39,695 bases of DNA from a virus (Duplodnaviria > Heunggongvirae > Uroviricota > Caudoviricetes). Under the pieces are notes generated by a model. It saw only the letters and a list, made by a program, of their open reading frames with translations. It did no database searches and had not been told where the DNA came from. This document shows positions 1 through 9,523 of this stretch, one piece after another. Position 1 is the first letter of the stretch. Each line of letters opens with the position of its first letter. The stretch lies in IMG/VR virus record IMGVR_UViG_3300032167_007646. One strand, 5' to 3'. Made by a program: the position numbers and the translations under genes.

Positions 1-183
1 ATAATAATCAGTTGAATACTTTTGAACAAAACTTCTATCATAAACAGATAGAATACCCAATATATGACTTAATACAACTATCTTTGCACGCTTTAACCCT
101 ATGTTTGTTACTTTTACTTTTTCACCTAATTTTGTCTTTATTATAAATAAATCTAATTCATTCTTAAAATTATCTTTGCTCAT
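1..183 (-). CDS. partial hypothetical protein (runs off window start)
   Basis: ATG at 183 with an open frame MSKDNFKNELDLFIIKTKLGEKVKV... to position 1; not in ORF track. Confidence 0.6.
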   Translation of the reverse strand, partial: MSKDNFKNELDLFIIKTKLGEKVKVTNIGLKRAKIVVLSHILGILSVYDRSFVQKYSTDYY

Positions 184-205
184 TACTTCAAACTTCTTCA
201 TAATA

Positions 206-544
206 TCAACCCCTTATATCTTTACAATTCTCTTTTAATTTTTTACGAAAATCTGTTATATCATTAATTGTTGCTACTAAATCTGCATTTAAGCAAGATA
301 TACTCAAATTTATTTCATATACTTTTTCATACTTTTTACAAATTTCACCAAATAAACTACGAGTTTTATCATCTATTTTTATAGGTTTTATAATTGTTTG
401 ACCTATAACAAAATCCCAACAATCACCATTATCTGCTATTACCCTATAAGTATGATTATATTTATCTGTTTCTACTACAACACCTACTACTTCTTTATTT
501 CCTACCTTAAATTTACGAAAATCACCTATACCTAAAAGTGCCAT
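206..544 (-). CDS. hypothetical protein, 'L-x-[VI]GD-x-R' paralog family
   Basis: AGGAG RBS before ATG at 544; N-terminus LGIGDFRKF, helical/coiled-coil C-terminus. Confidence 0.75.
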   Translation of the reverse strand: MALLGIGDFRKFKVGNKEVVGVVVETDKYNHTYRVIADNGDCWDFVIGQTIIKPIKIDDKTRSLFGEICKKYEKVYEINLSISCLNADLVATINDITDFRKKLKENCKDIRG

Positions 545-545
545 A

Positions 546-917
546 TTACCAACTCCTATTTTCTTTGAACTTTTTTGCATTTGAAAAAGCATGGCTACAT
601 AAAGAATTAAAATGAATATCTGCTAACTTACATTCTTTTTCTAAACTCTCTTTCTTTATATAAGAATTACATAACTCTGTCAATAAATCACGAAGAACAG
701 GGTCTAAACCACGAGAAATTTTTATTTCAGTAGTTTTAATAGGATAACTAGTTATAGTACCTGTATATAAAATTACAACATAACATTCTACTTTTGTAGT
801 CGCATTTATAAACCTATTTTTATAACCTATTACTACACCAGGAGAAAACTTTTCACTTCCTGATAAATATTCATCACCAAAATATCTTATATCCCCTACT
901 TTTAATTTCTTTTCCAT
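546..917 (-). CDS. hypothetical protein, 'L-x-[VI]GD-x-R' paralog family
   Basis: AGGAG RBS; LKVGDIRYF N-terminus; similar length and architecture to its neighbour and to 26461..26796. Confidence 0.75.
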   Translation of the reverse strand: MEKKLKVGDIRYFGDEYLSGSEKFSPGVVIGYKNRFINATTKVECYVVILYTGTITSYPIKTTEIKISRGLDPVLRDLLTELCNSYIKKESLEKECKLADIHFNSLCSHAFSNAKKFKENRSW

Positions 918-929
918 ATTAAACACTCC

Positions 930-1316
930 TTATCTATTAGCTATATTTGTTTGTAAATACACACAATAATCTTGTAACCTACAAATTAAATCGTGTAACC
1001 ACATTTCAGCAAAATTATCATTTCTATTCAAGGTATTATATTCCCATTCTGATAAACAATTTAATGCTGTACTCACTAAACAACCAATTTCATGATTTGT
1101 TCTTACATACTGAATGGCTTCTTCTCTGTTTACAGAAACAGGAATTTTTTGTTGAGTTAATATAGCCTTACAACCATTAAATAAACAATCCATAGCATTC
1201 TGTTTTATAGCATTGAATGTTGAATCACCATAAAAATAAGGAACACCCATTCTATAATTATAAACAAAATTTTGACACTCTTTTGCTTTTTCTATATAAC
1301 TATATACACTTAACAT
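930..1316 (-). CDS. hypothetical protein
   Basis: ORF with AGGTG RBS before ATG at 1316. Confidence 0.7.
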   Translation of the reverse strand: MLSVYSYIEKAKECQNFVYNYRMGVPYFYGDSTFNAIKQNAMDCLFNGCKAILTQQKIPVSVNREEAIQYVRTNHEIGCLVSTALNCLSEWEYNTLNRNDNFAEMWLHDLICRLQDYCVYLQTNIANR

Positions 1317-1420
1317 ATAAAACACCTACTTTATATACTTTAATCATTCAATATAACATAATATAATCAATCTCTTTTTTATGCATCATAAAAATTATTT
1401 ATGTGTAAAATAAAAATAAA

Positions 1421-1447
1421 AGGTTATTGTATTTTCAACAATAACCT
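1421..1447 (-). terminator. intrinsic terminator
   Basis: AGGTTATTGT/ACAATAACCT inverted repeat with adjacent A-run (U-tail on minus strand). Confidence 0.7.
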
Positions 1448-1540
1448 AATACTATATTTAAACAATATATATATCAATATTAAACAACACGAAATAATAT
1501 TTTAAAACTACCCTTATTAATAACTTATAAGATGTTATAA

Positions 1541-1551
1541 TTTATGTCCAA
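1541..1551 (-). promoter_or_regulatory. repeated intergenic motif TTGGACATAAA (copy 1)
   Basis: identical 11-mer also at 17198..17208 and 26867..26877, all intergenic; function inferred. Confidence 0.45.
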
Positions 1552-1566
1552 ATAAACTACAACATG

Positions 1567-2271
1567 TTATTTGAAATATATTTCACCTATTACAAGCTTT
1601 CCTGTATATTCTTCTGACTTATCTTTACAAATAAAAATCTTATTAGATGCTTTCACATCACATTCAACCTCTACAATTTCACCAGATTTTACTGTAACAG
1701 ACTTAAGAATAGCACCATTCTTACTATCCTCTTTTATATAAATAGTGACAGAATCTTGCTTAAATTTACCTTTATCATAGGCAACCTTAAACTTCATTGT
1801 CTGATACTTTCTACCTAATAATAAAGTTGTTTCAGAATAAAAATTTAATACATTTTCTTCATATACAAATCCATCATTAAACTCATTTTCAGCACAATCT
1901 AATAAATCTTTATCATAGGTATAACCTATAAAATCATTACATGAAACAAACATAGATTCATGAATATAAGGAGTCCATTCTTTATTACCTATTAAAACTG
2001 TTTGAGTTTCTTCATCATAATCAATAGCAATATCATATTTTTCACTTAATGCTCTTACAGGTAAATAAGTTCTACCTTTATAAGTAATAGGTCTTAAAGG
2101 AGAACCATCCAACTCCATAGGATTCCATTCAACATTATCAATAACCATTTTTAAGTTCTTATTTATTACTGCTTCTATATCAATATAATAACCTATTGCA
2201 CTTATACCCACAAAAACAGAAGTTAATAAAATAAAAACAACAGTAAATAAAACAAAACATCTTTTTTTCAT
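1567..2271 (-). CDS. secreted protein with copper-amine-oxidase N-terminal-like (stalk) domain and probable beta-sandwich (NPCBM-like) C-terminal domain
   Basis: GAGGTG RBS; signal peptide MKKRCFVLFTVVFILL; PITYKGRTYLPVRALSE...IDYDEETQTV motif. Confidence 0.75.
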   Translation of the reverse strand: MKKRCFVLFTVVFILLTSVFVGISAIGYYIDIEAVINKNLKMVIDNVEWNPMELDGSPLRPITYKGRTYLPVRALSEKYDIAIDYDEETQTVLIGNKEWTPYIHESMFVSCNDFIGYTYDKDLLDCAENEFNDGFVYEENVLNFYSETTLLLGRKYQTMKFKVAYDKGKFKQDSVTIYIKEDSKNGAILKSVTVKSGEIVEVECDVKASNKIFICKDKSEEYTGKLVIGEIYFK

Positions 2272-2354
2272 AATATCACCTCGAACTTTTAATCTTTTCT
2301 CCTTAACTATATAAGAATAAAATTTTATGTACTTTATTTTCATATAACTGTAGA

Positions 2355-2386
2355 AAAAACTCTGTTTAATTTCAAACAGAGTTTTT
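2355..2386. terminator. intrinsic terminator (bidirectional-type)
   Basis: AAAAACTCTGTTT/AAACAGAGTTTTT inverted repeat right after the SLOG gene stop. Confidence 0.8.
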
Positions 2387-2389
2387 ATA

Positions 2390-2797
2390 TCAAATATAAT
2401 TTATTATTACGGGTAAACCTGCTTTTGTTGCAATTTTTATCATATTTTCAGTACCTTTACTTTTTCTATCCCAAAAGACTACAACTTCACCTTTATCCTC
2501 ATTATTCAAAAGGGACTCAAGCATCTCTTGATTTCTATTATGTCCTGCCATAGCATTATAAGAACCATACTGATTATACTTTACTACTGCATTAGGTACA
2601 GATATATCAGACCATTTAGCATAATGTTTTTCTATTTGTAAACCTCTTGCTGTAGCATATTGCTCACCTAATTTATCTGCACCATTCGCACAACCTGAAA
2701 CCAAAATAAAATCTTCTTTATACAAATTATCTAATGTTTCTTTCAAATATGTACCATCTGTAAATGTACGAGAACCAGCAACTATTACCTTTTTCAT
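2390..2797 (-). CDS. SLOG-superfamily protein (DUF2493/YspA-like)
   Basis: KVIVAGSRTF, LVSGCANGADKLGEQYA, AGHNRNQEM, VFWD..SKGTENMI motifs. Confidence 0.85.
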   Translation of the reverse strand: MKKVIVAGSRTFTDGTYLKETLDNLYKEDFILVSGCANGADKLGEQYATARGLQIEKHYAKWSDISVPNAVVKYNQYGSYNAMAGHNRNQEMLESLLNNEDKGEVVVFWDRKSKGTENMIKIATKAGLPVIINYI

Positions 2798-2799
2798 AA

Positions 2800-3072
2800 T
2801 CAATCCCTCAATTCTTCACAAATGCCTATAATTGTTTCTGAAATAGCAGTAAATACATATCTTTTACCTATCTCAACAAGTTGAAAAATATTCTTACGTG
2901 TTACTAAAAACCATTTACCACTAATATCTTTTATATAATAAGTTTCAGGACAATCAGAATCAAATACAACCTTTAAATCTTCTACATTTATTTCAATTAA
3001 TTCAGCAGAATACTTAAACATTTTATTCAAATCTAAACCATATTTTGATTTTAAATCCTGTCTAACAATCAT
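2800..3072 (-). CDS. hypothetical protein
   Basis: ORF tightly packed in operon. Confidence 0.6.
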   Translation of the reverse strand: MIVRQDLKSKYGLDLNKMFKYSAELIEINVEDLKVVFDSDCPETYYIKDISGKWFLVTRKNIFQLVEIGKRYVFTAISETIIGICEELRD

Positions 3073-3077
3073 AGAAA

Positions 3078-3779
3078 TTACTCCTTTACTAGTACAAGAA
3101 CTTCTTTTTCACTCCAAGCATATCTCTTACCATTTGCCATAGATTTAATAAGAGCATCTATTTCTTCTGCTTTCATATCATAAGGAACAGTAATATCTTG
3201 TTCAAGAGCAAATTTAATAATCTTATCTTTTCTCTTTATAACCTTATTTATAATTTCCTCAGTTATAATTCCTGTATCTTTTGTAAGTTCATAAAGAAGT
3301 TCCAAATCTGCTTCACTACCTTGAACTTTTACCTGAATCCAATTAGGTTCTCTTTCACGATAATCAAGCCAAGTTTCAGGTTTCTTACCCAATGCTTTTT
3401 CAAACATTGCTACAATTCTTTCTCCCGCTTCTTTTGACTTTACAAAACCTGATAAATCATAACCAATACCACGAGGACTCCAATATTCCCCTTCTCCATC
3501 TGGTCTAATATCAGGAGCCTTATATTTATGTTTAGGAATTCCTACTCTTGGATGGTCATATACTTCTACATGATAAGAAGTGCCATCATCACAACCCTGC
3601 TTAAAACTTGAAAATCTCATATTATCAGGAAGAAGAACAAACTCATGGTTACATTCACCACAAGTTACAGGTACTTCATTACCCATTCTAAAACTTGAAT
3701 GAACATAATCACTACCACATTTAGGACAACCCCACTTTTCAAAATCTCCCCAATGAATTGCTTTTACTTTACTCATCAT
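3078..3779 (-). CDS. zinc-ribbon-containing hypothetical protein
   Basis: CPKCG...CGEC; C-terminal module resembles small ORF 11117..11269. Confidence 0.75.
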   Translation of the reverse strand: MMSKVKAIHWGDFEKWGCPKCGSDYVHSSFRMGNEVPVTCGECNHEFVLLPDNMRFSSFKQGCDDGTSYHVEVYDHPRVGIPKHKYKAPDIRPDGEGEYWSPRGIGYDLSGFVKSKEAGERIVAMFEKALGKKPETWLDYREREPNWIQVKVQGSEADLELLYELTKDTGIITEEIINKVIKRKDKIIKFALEQDITVPYDMKAEEIDALIKSMANGKRYAWSEKEVLVLVKE

Positions 3780-4263
3780 TACCACCAACCTTATAATATT
3801 CTTTTATTGAACATCTTGAAAAATGATTAAACAAATCAATTATATCTTTTTCATTTTCCATACCTTTTAATGACTTCATAAACAAATCACAATTATCACC
3901 AACAGCATTTATAACCTCAACAACTGCGTCTGCAAAAGAGTCTGTCTTTTCTGATAAGTAAATAACATCTTCATTACCATTGTAATAAACTATTAAATAC
4001 CTATCTGCTTTTGTATTATAATCTTCAAAACCATACTTTAATGTAATTTCAGGATATTGTATCTTTTTATAATAACCCGCATTTGTTCTATTATCAAAAT
4101 CCATATCTACAACTACAGCACCACATTTAGAACACCAACGAACTACTTCTTCTGTATCATAACCTTGACTATTACGAGTTATTACCTTAAAAGGATGCTT
4201 ACCCTCTTTACAACCAGAAAAATCTACTTTTCTATTTATATCTACTTTATATTCTCTACTCAT
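3769..4263 (-). CDS. hypothetical protein (C/H...CxxC N-terminal module)
   Basis: GGAG RBS; CKEGKH...RWCSKCG. Confidence 0.7.
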   Translation of the reverse strand: MSREYKVDINRKVDFSGCKEGKHPFKVITRNSQGYDTEEVVRWCSKCGAVVVDMDFDNRTNAGYYKKIQYPEITLKYGFEDYNTKADRYLIVYYNGNEDVIYLSEKTDSFADAVVEVINAVGDNCDLFMKSLKGMENEKDIIDLFNHFSRCSIKEYYKVGGNDE

Positions 4264-4284
4264 TAGACTACTCCTTCAAAAGAA

Positions 4285-4800
4285 TTAATAACCTACATAC
4301 TGTGTTTCTACCTTAAATCCTACTTTATCCTCTAACAATTTTATAACTTCTGATTTATTATCAAATAAAAGCAAATCAACAGGTTCAAGATTTGTTCTTT
4401 TATTCATACGAATGGTTAAATAATAACCTTGACCTACACTACGATTTTCCATCCACTTTAACTCTAAATCACAAATATCATTATATTTTAAAGAATAGCT
4501 ATTTTCACCATTATCTACTATTACTTTTATCTCATCTTCTTCAAAAGTATATTCTACTGTATGTTTATGATATATAACAAAATGTTTAATTATAGGATGT
4601 ACTGAAGCAATTAAAACCTCAATAACTGCTAAACATACAAAAGCCACAAAGAAACTAGTCATATATTGAGCAAAGAAAATACAGAAAACAATAAAAAACA
4701 ATATACCCGCTACTACAGCATAAAAAGGATAGTCCAAACTAAATTTATATAAAAAACTATCAAATTCAGGCTGTTTATATTCACCTTTATAAGACAACAT
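4285..4800 (-). CDS. membrane protein, 2 TM plus soluble beta domain
   Basis: two hydrophobic segments followed by YTFEEDEIKV...LKYNDI; AGGAG RBS. Confidence 0.7.
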   Translation of the reverse strand: MLSYKGEYKQPEFDSFLYKFSLDYPFYAVVAGILFFIVFCIFFAQYMTSFFVAFVCLAVIEVLIASVHPIIKHFVIYHKHTVEYTFEEDEIKVIVDNGENSYSLKYNDICDLELKWMENRSVGQGYYLTIRMNKRTNLEPVDLLLFDNKSEVIKLLEDKVGFKVETQYVGY

Positions 4801-4812
4801 ACACTACACTCC

Positions 4813-5130
4813 TTAACCTATAGATAAATTTCCAATATGAGCAAAAATTGAGGGTTCTTCAATAGGAAAATAACCATCCTTTTCTCTATTATACTTATAA
4901 AACTTTCTCATTTTACGATAAGGATAAAGACCTGGTTCTATCTCTTCTACAACTGCATAATGATAACAAGTTTCAAATATATCACAAGCATTACATTTGA
5001 GAGATTCATCACAATCTTCAAAAGTTTCATAATAACCCATTACCCTTGAACATCCTATCTCTGGCCAAGAATTCTTTTCCTCAATCTTTTCAAAACAAGT
5101 TATAAAAAATAGACTTTTTATTTCACTCAT
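4813..5130 (-). CDS. hypothetical protein
   Basis: ORF in operon; CDIFETCYHYAVVEEIEPGLYP. Confidence 0.7.
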   Translation of the reverse strand: MSEIKSLFFITCFEKIEEKNSWPEIGCSRVMGYYETFEDCDESLKCNACDIFETCYHYAVVEEIEPGLYPYRKMRKFYKYNREKDGYFPIEEPSIFAHIGNLSIG

Positions 5131-5132
5131 AT

Positions 5133-5402
5133 TTAACACCATCCATTATAATGAATACCATGAAGTACAATGCCACTTCTTTCAGTATATACCTCTCTTA
5201 CTATATCATCTTCATCTACAAAAGAATAACCTTTTGAATCCCCTAAATTACCTTTATCTCTTTCCTTAAATTGTTTAATATACTCATTTGCTTCCTCAGC
5301 AGTTTTTGCTGCTACAAGAGAATAACCTGTATAACAAGCTTCACAACGAGATATATAAATATTATTTCTTTTCTCTTTACACTTACAATTTTCTCCACAC
5401 AT
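5133..5402 (-). CDS. hypothetical protein
   Basis: AGGTG RBS; LVAAKTAEEA motif common in small phage proteins. Confidence 0.65.
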   Translation of the reverse strand: MCGENCKCKEKRNNIYISRCEACYTGYSLVAAKTAEEANEYIKQFKERDKGNLGDSKGYSFVDEDDIVREVYTERSGIVLHGIHYNGWC

Positions 5403-5424
5403 AATATTCACCTACTCTCAATTA

Positions 5425-5763
5425 TTAGCAAGATTCTATTTCTTGTCTTTCATTCCAATTAGGTAATTTAGATTTTTTTATACCCTCTGTTATTGGAATT
5501 ATACAACTTCTTTCACAACACCTTGCACACCATTTATTCATATCTCTACCTGTATATATAATAGGTTTACCATCCCCACCCTCATAAGTTTCAGGATTAT
5601 CAGGTGCATAATCAAATTCATTATCACTTACCCAATACTCCTTATCTCCTACTTTTACTCTTGGGCGGGATACTAAACCCCAAGCCTTATAACATTTACC
5701 ATCACAATATAAATGGCAATCTTGACCAAAATAAACTATTTTCTTTTGAGTTATATTACCCAT
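5425..5763 (-). CDS. Cys-rich hypothetical protein
   Basis: CDGKCYKAWG...PETYEGGDGKP...NKWCARCCERS; GAGGT RBS. Confidence 0.7.
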   Translation of the reverse strand: MGNITQKKIVYFGQDCHLYCDGKCYKAWGLVSRPRVKVGDKEYWVSDNEFDYAPDNPETYEGGDGKPIIYTGRDMNKWCARCCERSCIIPITEGIKKSKLPNWNERQEIESC

Positions 5764-5774
5764 TTAGACATACC

Positions 5775-6308
5775 TCACTTATTACCATCTATAAATTTTC
5801 TTATTTTTGGGTCCAACATTTCACAAAAAGGAACTGCAAACAAGAGTACAACAACATCTGCTATAAACGCAAAAATATTATTTGAAGCCCTTAATAAAAA
5901 TGGTTGAGAATATAAATACATTTCCACAACAGATTTCATAACAAATATACCTAAAAATGTGCTACTTACTATTGCTACACTACATAAAAAATATTTTAAA
6001 TATTTATTTGGCATTAACCTTGTATATCTAAATGCTAAACCTGATACAATACCTATAATAATATTACCTACAACCCAACCTGGCATACCCCTTAATCCAC
6101 TAATTAAAAGGCAATATAAAACTACACCAACTGTACCAACTATTGTTCCACTAATAACACCAACAGAACAACAATAAACAGCCATTACAATATAACCTAA
6201 ACATACATAGTAATTTTCAAAAATAGGTACTTGCAAACAAAGTGTAAACACCACAAATAAAGCAACACCTATACCTGTTAATGCAATTTGTTTAGTAGAA
6301 GATTTCAT
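5775..6308 (-). CDS. ECF transporter substrate-binding (S) component
   Basis: 177 aa, about 5-6 TM; TKQIALTGIGVALFVV...QVP N-terminal pattern typical of S components; GAGGAG RBS. Confidence 0.75.
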   Translation of the reverse strand: MKSSTKQIALTGIGVALFVVFTLCLQVPIFENYYVCLGYIVMAVYCCSVGVISGTIVGTVGVVLYCLLISGLRGMPGWVVGNIIIGIVSGLAFRYTRLMPNKYLKYFLCSVAIVSSTFLGIFVMKSVVEMYLYSQPFLLRASNNIFAFIADVVVLLFAVPFCEMLDPKIRKFIDGNK

Positions 6309-6313
6309 AAATA

Positions 6314-7159
6314 TTATTCCTCCTCACAATAAACAAATTTTTCAACATAATCTCTATTCCCTTTAAGAATTGGCATATCATAATCAATAAACCATTTACC
6401 ATTCTCATCTTTAATGCAGGCAGAACCCCTCTTACAATATGTAGGAAGTTCATTCCAATTTACACCCTTTTCAGTAAACATCTTATTCTGCAACTGATTA
6501 CATTTAAGACCATTCAACTCCTTGTGTGAATATAAACTCTGTGCCAAAGACTGAATAGAGTTCTTTTCAGCATCATTCTGTCTCCAAATTACACAATTAC
6601 ATACTTCTTCTTTAGGAATATTAAATGCTCTACAGTCAAAATCAGCAGTAAAATATCTACTTCTATATTTATCACGAAGTTTCTCACTTAAAGGCTCAAT
6701 TTCCTTATTACCTTTTCTGTTATATTTCTTACCAAAAATATCTGCAAAAACTTCATCAATAGCATTAGTATTATCTATTGAAATTCTTTTTTCTACAACT
6801 TCCATAAAAAACTTATTAAAATATCTACTCGCCTTTGATGCACCAACACTACAAAGTTTTTCAAGTCTATTATCAAACCACGCAGAAGTTTCAAGTGTTT
6901 TATAATCACAAAGAACAATAGTTATTTCATCACTTTGAGTATATCCAAATACTGCACCCTGAATATCATTACAAAGGGCTTCCATAGTTTTCTGCATTGT
7001 TGCCATATATACACTATCAAAAGGTTTATCAAATCCCTTTGTAAAAGTATGTCCATGACACATATCAAATCTTAAAATTACAGGCGTTCTTCTCATAAGA
7101 AAAACATCTGAAACTGCTTCATATCTTTTCATTCTTACATCTAAACTTGTATATTTCAT
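6314..7159 (-). CDS. tRNA(His) guanylyltransferase Thg1-like protein (3'-5' polymerase)
   Basis: RMKRYE, PVILRFD..GHTFT, GYTQSDEI, FDCRAFNIP, WRQNDAEKNS, GVNWNELP..KRG. Confidence 0.92.
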   Translation of the reverse strand: MKYTSLDVRMKRYEAVSDVFLMRRTPVILRFDMCHGHTFTKGFDKPFDSVYMATMQKTMEALCNDIQGAVFGYTQSDEITIVLCDYKTLETSAWFDNRLEKLCSVGASKASRYFNKFFMEVVEKRISIDNTNAIDEVFADIFGKKYNRKGNKEIEPLSEKLRDKYRSRYFTADFDCRAFNIPKEEVCNCVIWRQNDAEKNSIQSLAQSLYSHKELNGLKCNQLQNKMFTEKGVNWNELPTYCKRGSACIKDENGKWFIDYDMPILKGNRDYVEKFVYCEEE

Positions 7160-7181
7160 ACCACCAACCACCTATCCTAGT

Positions 7182-7472
7182 TTATTCTTCTATTTCAGGT
7201 ATCAAAGTAATAACTTTCAAATCTTCAAAAGTAGGATTCTCATCAATAGGCATATATGCCTCAATATTAACATTATACTTTTTAATGTTATCTAGCATTT
7301 CTACAGCATCACACTTATTATTAAAGAATGTAGCCTGATTTTGAGGACCACCTACTACTACTTTAATAAAAGTTCTATCACATACAGTATCACCTTTTTC
7401 ATTGATATAAATATTATCTACTTTATCAACTTTTGCCCAATCTAACTTATCTTTACCAATTACATAAATCAT
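7182..7472 (-). CDS. hypothetical protein
   Basis: AAGGAG RBS. Confidence 0.7.
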   Translation of the reverse strand: MIYVIGKDKLDWAKVDKVDNIYINEKGDTVCDRTFIKVVVGGPQNQATFFNNKCDAVEMLDNIKKYNVNIEAYMPIDENPTFEDLKVITLIPEIEE

Positions 7473-7483
7473 TTTTATTCTCC

Positions 7484-7909
7484 TTATTTTTCACTTTTTC
7501 CTAACAAATATGCTTGATACATAGCATTATAAACAGGTACACCTTTAACTAAATCACAACCTAAAAAAGACTTTGCAATTGCATTTAATTTTTCCTCAAT
7601 AGAAGTACCCTCTGTTAAAATAAGACCATCATTTCTTTTTATAAAATCAAGAAAATCAGTTACTTCTTGTTCTACTTCTTCATATGAACGGCAAACCAAA
7701 CTTCTTGTTTGATATGTTCTAAATGTACCATTTGGAATATGTTCACGCCTTAAATACTTCATAGTAAATAAAATTTTACTTTTCTGTTCTTTAATCTCTG
7801 TAAAATACAATCTCTCATAAGGTAATACGAGACAATGACTACCTTGATTAGTTCCTAATGTTAAACCATTACGAGACAAAACATCTCTAATAATTTCAAC
7901 AGTTTTCAT
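7484..7909 (-). CDS. hypothetical protein
   Basis: GAGGTG RBS. Confidence 0.7.
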   Translation of the reverse strand: MKTVEIIRDVLSRNGLTLGTNQGSHCLVLPYERLYFTEIKEQKSKILFTMKYLRREHIPNGTFRTYQTRSLVCRSYEEVEQEVTDFLDFIKRNDGLILTEGTSIEEKLNAIAKSFLGCDLVKGVPVYNAMYQAYLLGKSEK

Positions 7910-7933
7910 ATTAAAACACCTCTTTAAGAAAAT

Positions 7934-8200
7934 TTACTTATCTTCCTTTAACCTCTTATTTTCTTCAAGAACTTTACCTAAAATATCAACAAGACAACTA
8001 ATACCATCATTAGCAGTCATAAGCATATCCCTTAAACTTTCCCAATCTGTTCTACTTTCACACATATCTTCAGGAAAAGTCCAACAAGAATTTACATTAT
8101 CAACTGCACGCATAACATCATTATTATACTCATTTACTTCATAATCAAAATAAGGTCTTATCATTTCAAGTACTTTAGCAGTTTCAATTCTTTTACTCAT
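7934..8200 (-). CDS. hypothetical protein
   Basis: AGGAG RBS. Confidence 0.7.
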   Translation of the reverse strand: MSKRIETAKVLEMIRPYFDYEVNEYNNDVMRAVDNVNSCWTFPEDMCESRTDWESLRDMLMTANDGISCLVDILGKVLEENKRLKEDK

Positions 8201-8215
8201 TTTAATAACTCCTAT

Positions 8216-8419
8216 TTAACGATTTTCTCTTTCATAAGACCACGCATCAATAACATTATATACATTCATGCCTTTCTTTACTTCAAAATAAACTAAATTA
8301 AAAACACCTAACACTTTCTCATCATGAAATGTTACATAATGCAAAAGTTCTTCTGCAAATTTATCAATTGACTTACCCTTATCACATTCTATTACTGTAT
8401 ATTTTCCTCTAATAATCAT
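8216..8419 (-). CDS. hypothetical protein
   Basis: AGGAGG RBS directly downstream of sigma-A promoter. Confidence 0.7.
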   Translation of the reverse strand: MIIRGKYTVIECDKGKSIDKFAEELLHYVTFHDEKVLGVFNLVYFEVKKGMNVYNVIDAWSYERENR

Positions 8420-8452
8420 TTAATTTTCCTCCTAATATTTTTACTTATATTT

Positions 8453-8481
8453 ATTATACCACAATTATTCCTTTTTGTCAA
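8453..8481 (-). promoter_or_regulatory. sigma-A/sigma-70 consensus promoter
   Basis: TTGACA-17bp-TATAAT with extended -10 TG. Confidence 0.85.
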
Positions 8482-8493
8482 CATTTAAAATAA

Positions 8494-8528
8494 AAAAAGT
8501 TGTGGATTATAAAAATCCACAACTTTTT
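8494..8528 (-). terminator. intrinsic terminator
   Basis: AAAAAGTTGTGGATT/AATCCACAACTTTTT inverted repeat. Confidence 0.85.
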
Positions 8529-8883
8529 ACATAATCATACCATATTCTACTTCTGCTTTTTCAACAACAAGATTAATAACACTATCATCATGACAAGGAC
8601 AAATCTGTTTACTATTTTGCAATAATGAATAACATTCACTCTCATTATTTGCAAATACATATTTGACTCTCTTATTATAATTTACTCCTGTATCTACTTC
8701 AAAAGTACACTTAAAAAGATTTAATCCACTCATATCTCTTTCAACTTTTTTAAGGTCTGCAACAACACCATCTACCACACTACAAACACCTTTTGAAAAC
8801 TCATCATTCATAGTAGCAGCAGTAGAATGTTCTGCACTAACACGAGAGTACCTTTCAATAAGTTTTCTTATTCTTTCCAACAT
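8527..8883 (-). CDS. hypothetical protein
   Basis: GAGGTGG RBS. Confidence 0.7.
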   Translation of the reverse strand: MLERIRKLIERYSRVSAEHSTAATMNDEFSKGVCSVVDGVVADLKKVERDMSGLNLFKCTFEVDTGVNYNKRVKYVFANNESECYSLLQNSKQICPCHDDSVINLVVEKAEVEYGMIM

Positions 8884-8892
8884 AATACCACC

Positions 8893-9213
8893 TCATTTAA
8901 CAGAAAGCTCTTTAATTTTTATTACAAGAGTAATGTCATGCTTTGTAAGTAAACAATAATTTTTTCTCTCCAAAGAACCTAAACAATTTTTCTTTCTATT
9001 TTCTCTTTCACTATTCATAATAGAATTATTTGTATAAATACCATTAAAGAATTTATCTATGATTCTTTCACATTCAGACATTGCCTTTTCTCTACTATCA
9101 AAGTGAACAGTAGGCTCATAAATTTCTTCTCTTTCCCCATCGTAAATGTATTCACCATTTAACTTATGGTATTCATCTGTAACCAACATAGACGAAACTT
9201 TATAAACTTTCAT
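8893..9213 (-). CDS. hypothetical protein
   Basis: AAGGAG RBS. Confidence 0.7.
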   Translation of the reverse strand: MKVYKVSSMLVTDEYHKLNGEYIYDGEREEIYEPTVHFDSREKAMSECERIIDKFFNGIYTNNSIMNSERENRKKNCLGSLERKNYCLLTKHDITLVIKIKELSVK

Positions 9214-9223
9214 AACTTACTCC

Positions 9224-9508
9224 TTAATTAAACTTTGGTACATAAGCAGTAGGAACTTGTTCCTTTGTATATTCAACTTTTCCACAACACTTACAAGTTC
9301 TACTCCAACGCTTTACTTCTACCTGTCTATAACCTGTTGCAACAGGCCATACATCAGAACCTCTACCCTCATATTCCCAACCAGTAGGTTCATTCTTAAA
9401 TTCAGGGTCATATTTAACTTCACCCCAATTATGATTACAATTATTCTGCTTTCTTCTCAAATCAGCCAAATCTTGTTCAAATTTTCTTCTTAACATTTCT
9501 TCAGTCAT
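9224..9508 (-). CDS. small putative zinc-binding protein
   Basis: CNHNW...RTCKCCG; AGGTGG RBS. Confidence 0.7.
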   Translation of the reverse strand: MTEEMLRRKFEQDLADLRRKQNNCNHNWGEVKYDPEFKNEPTGWEYEGRGSDVWPVATGYRQVEVKRWSRTCKCCGKVEYTKEQVPTAYVPKFN

Positions 9509-9523
9509 TTCACAAAACCACCT

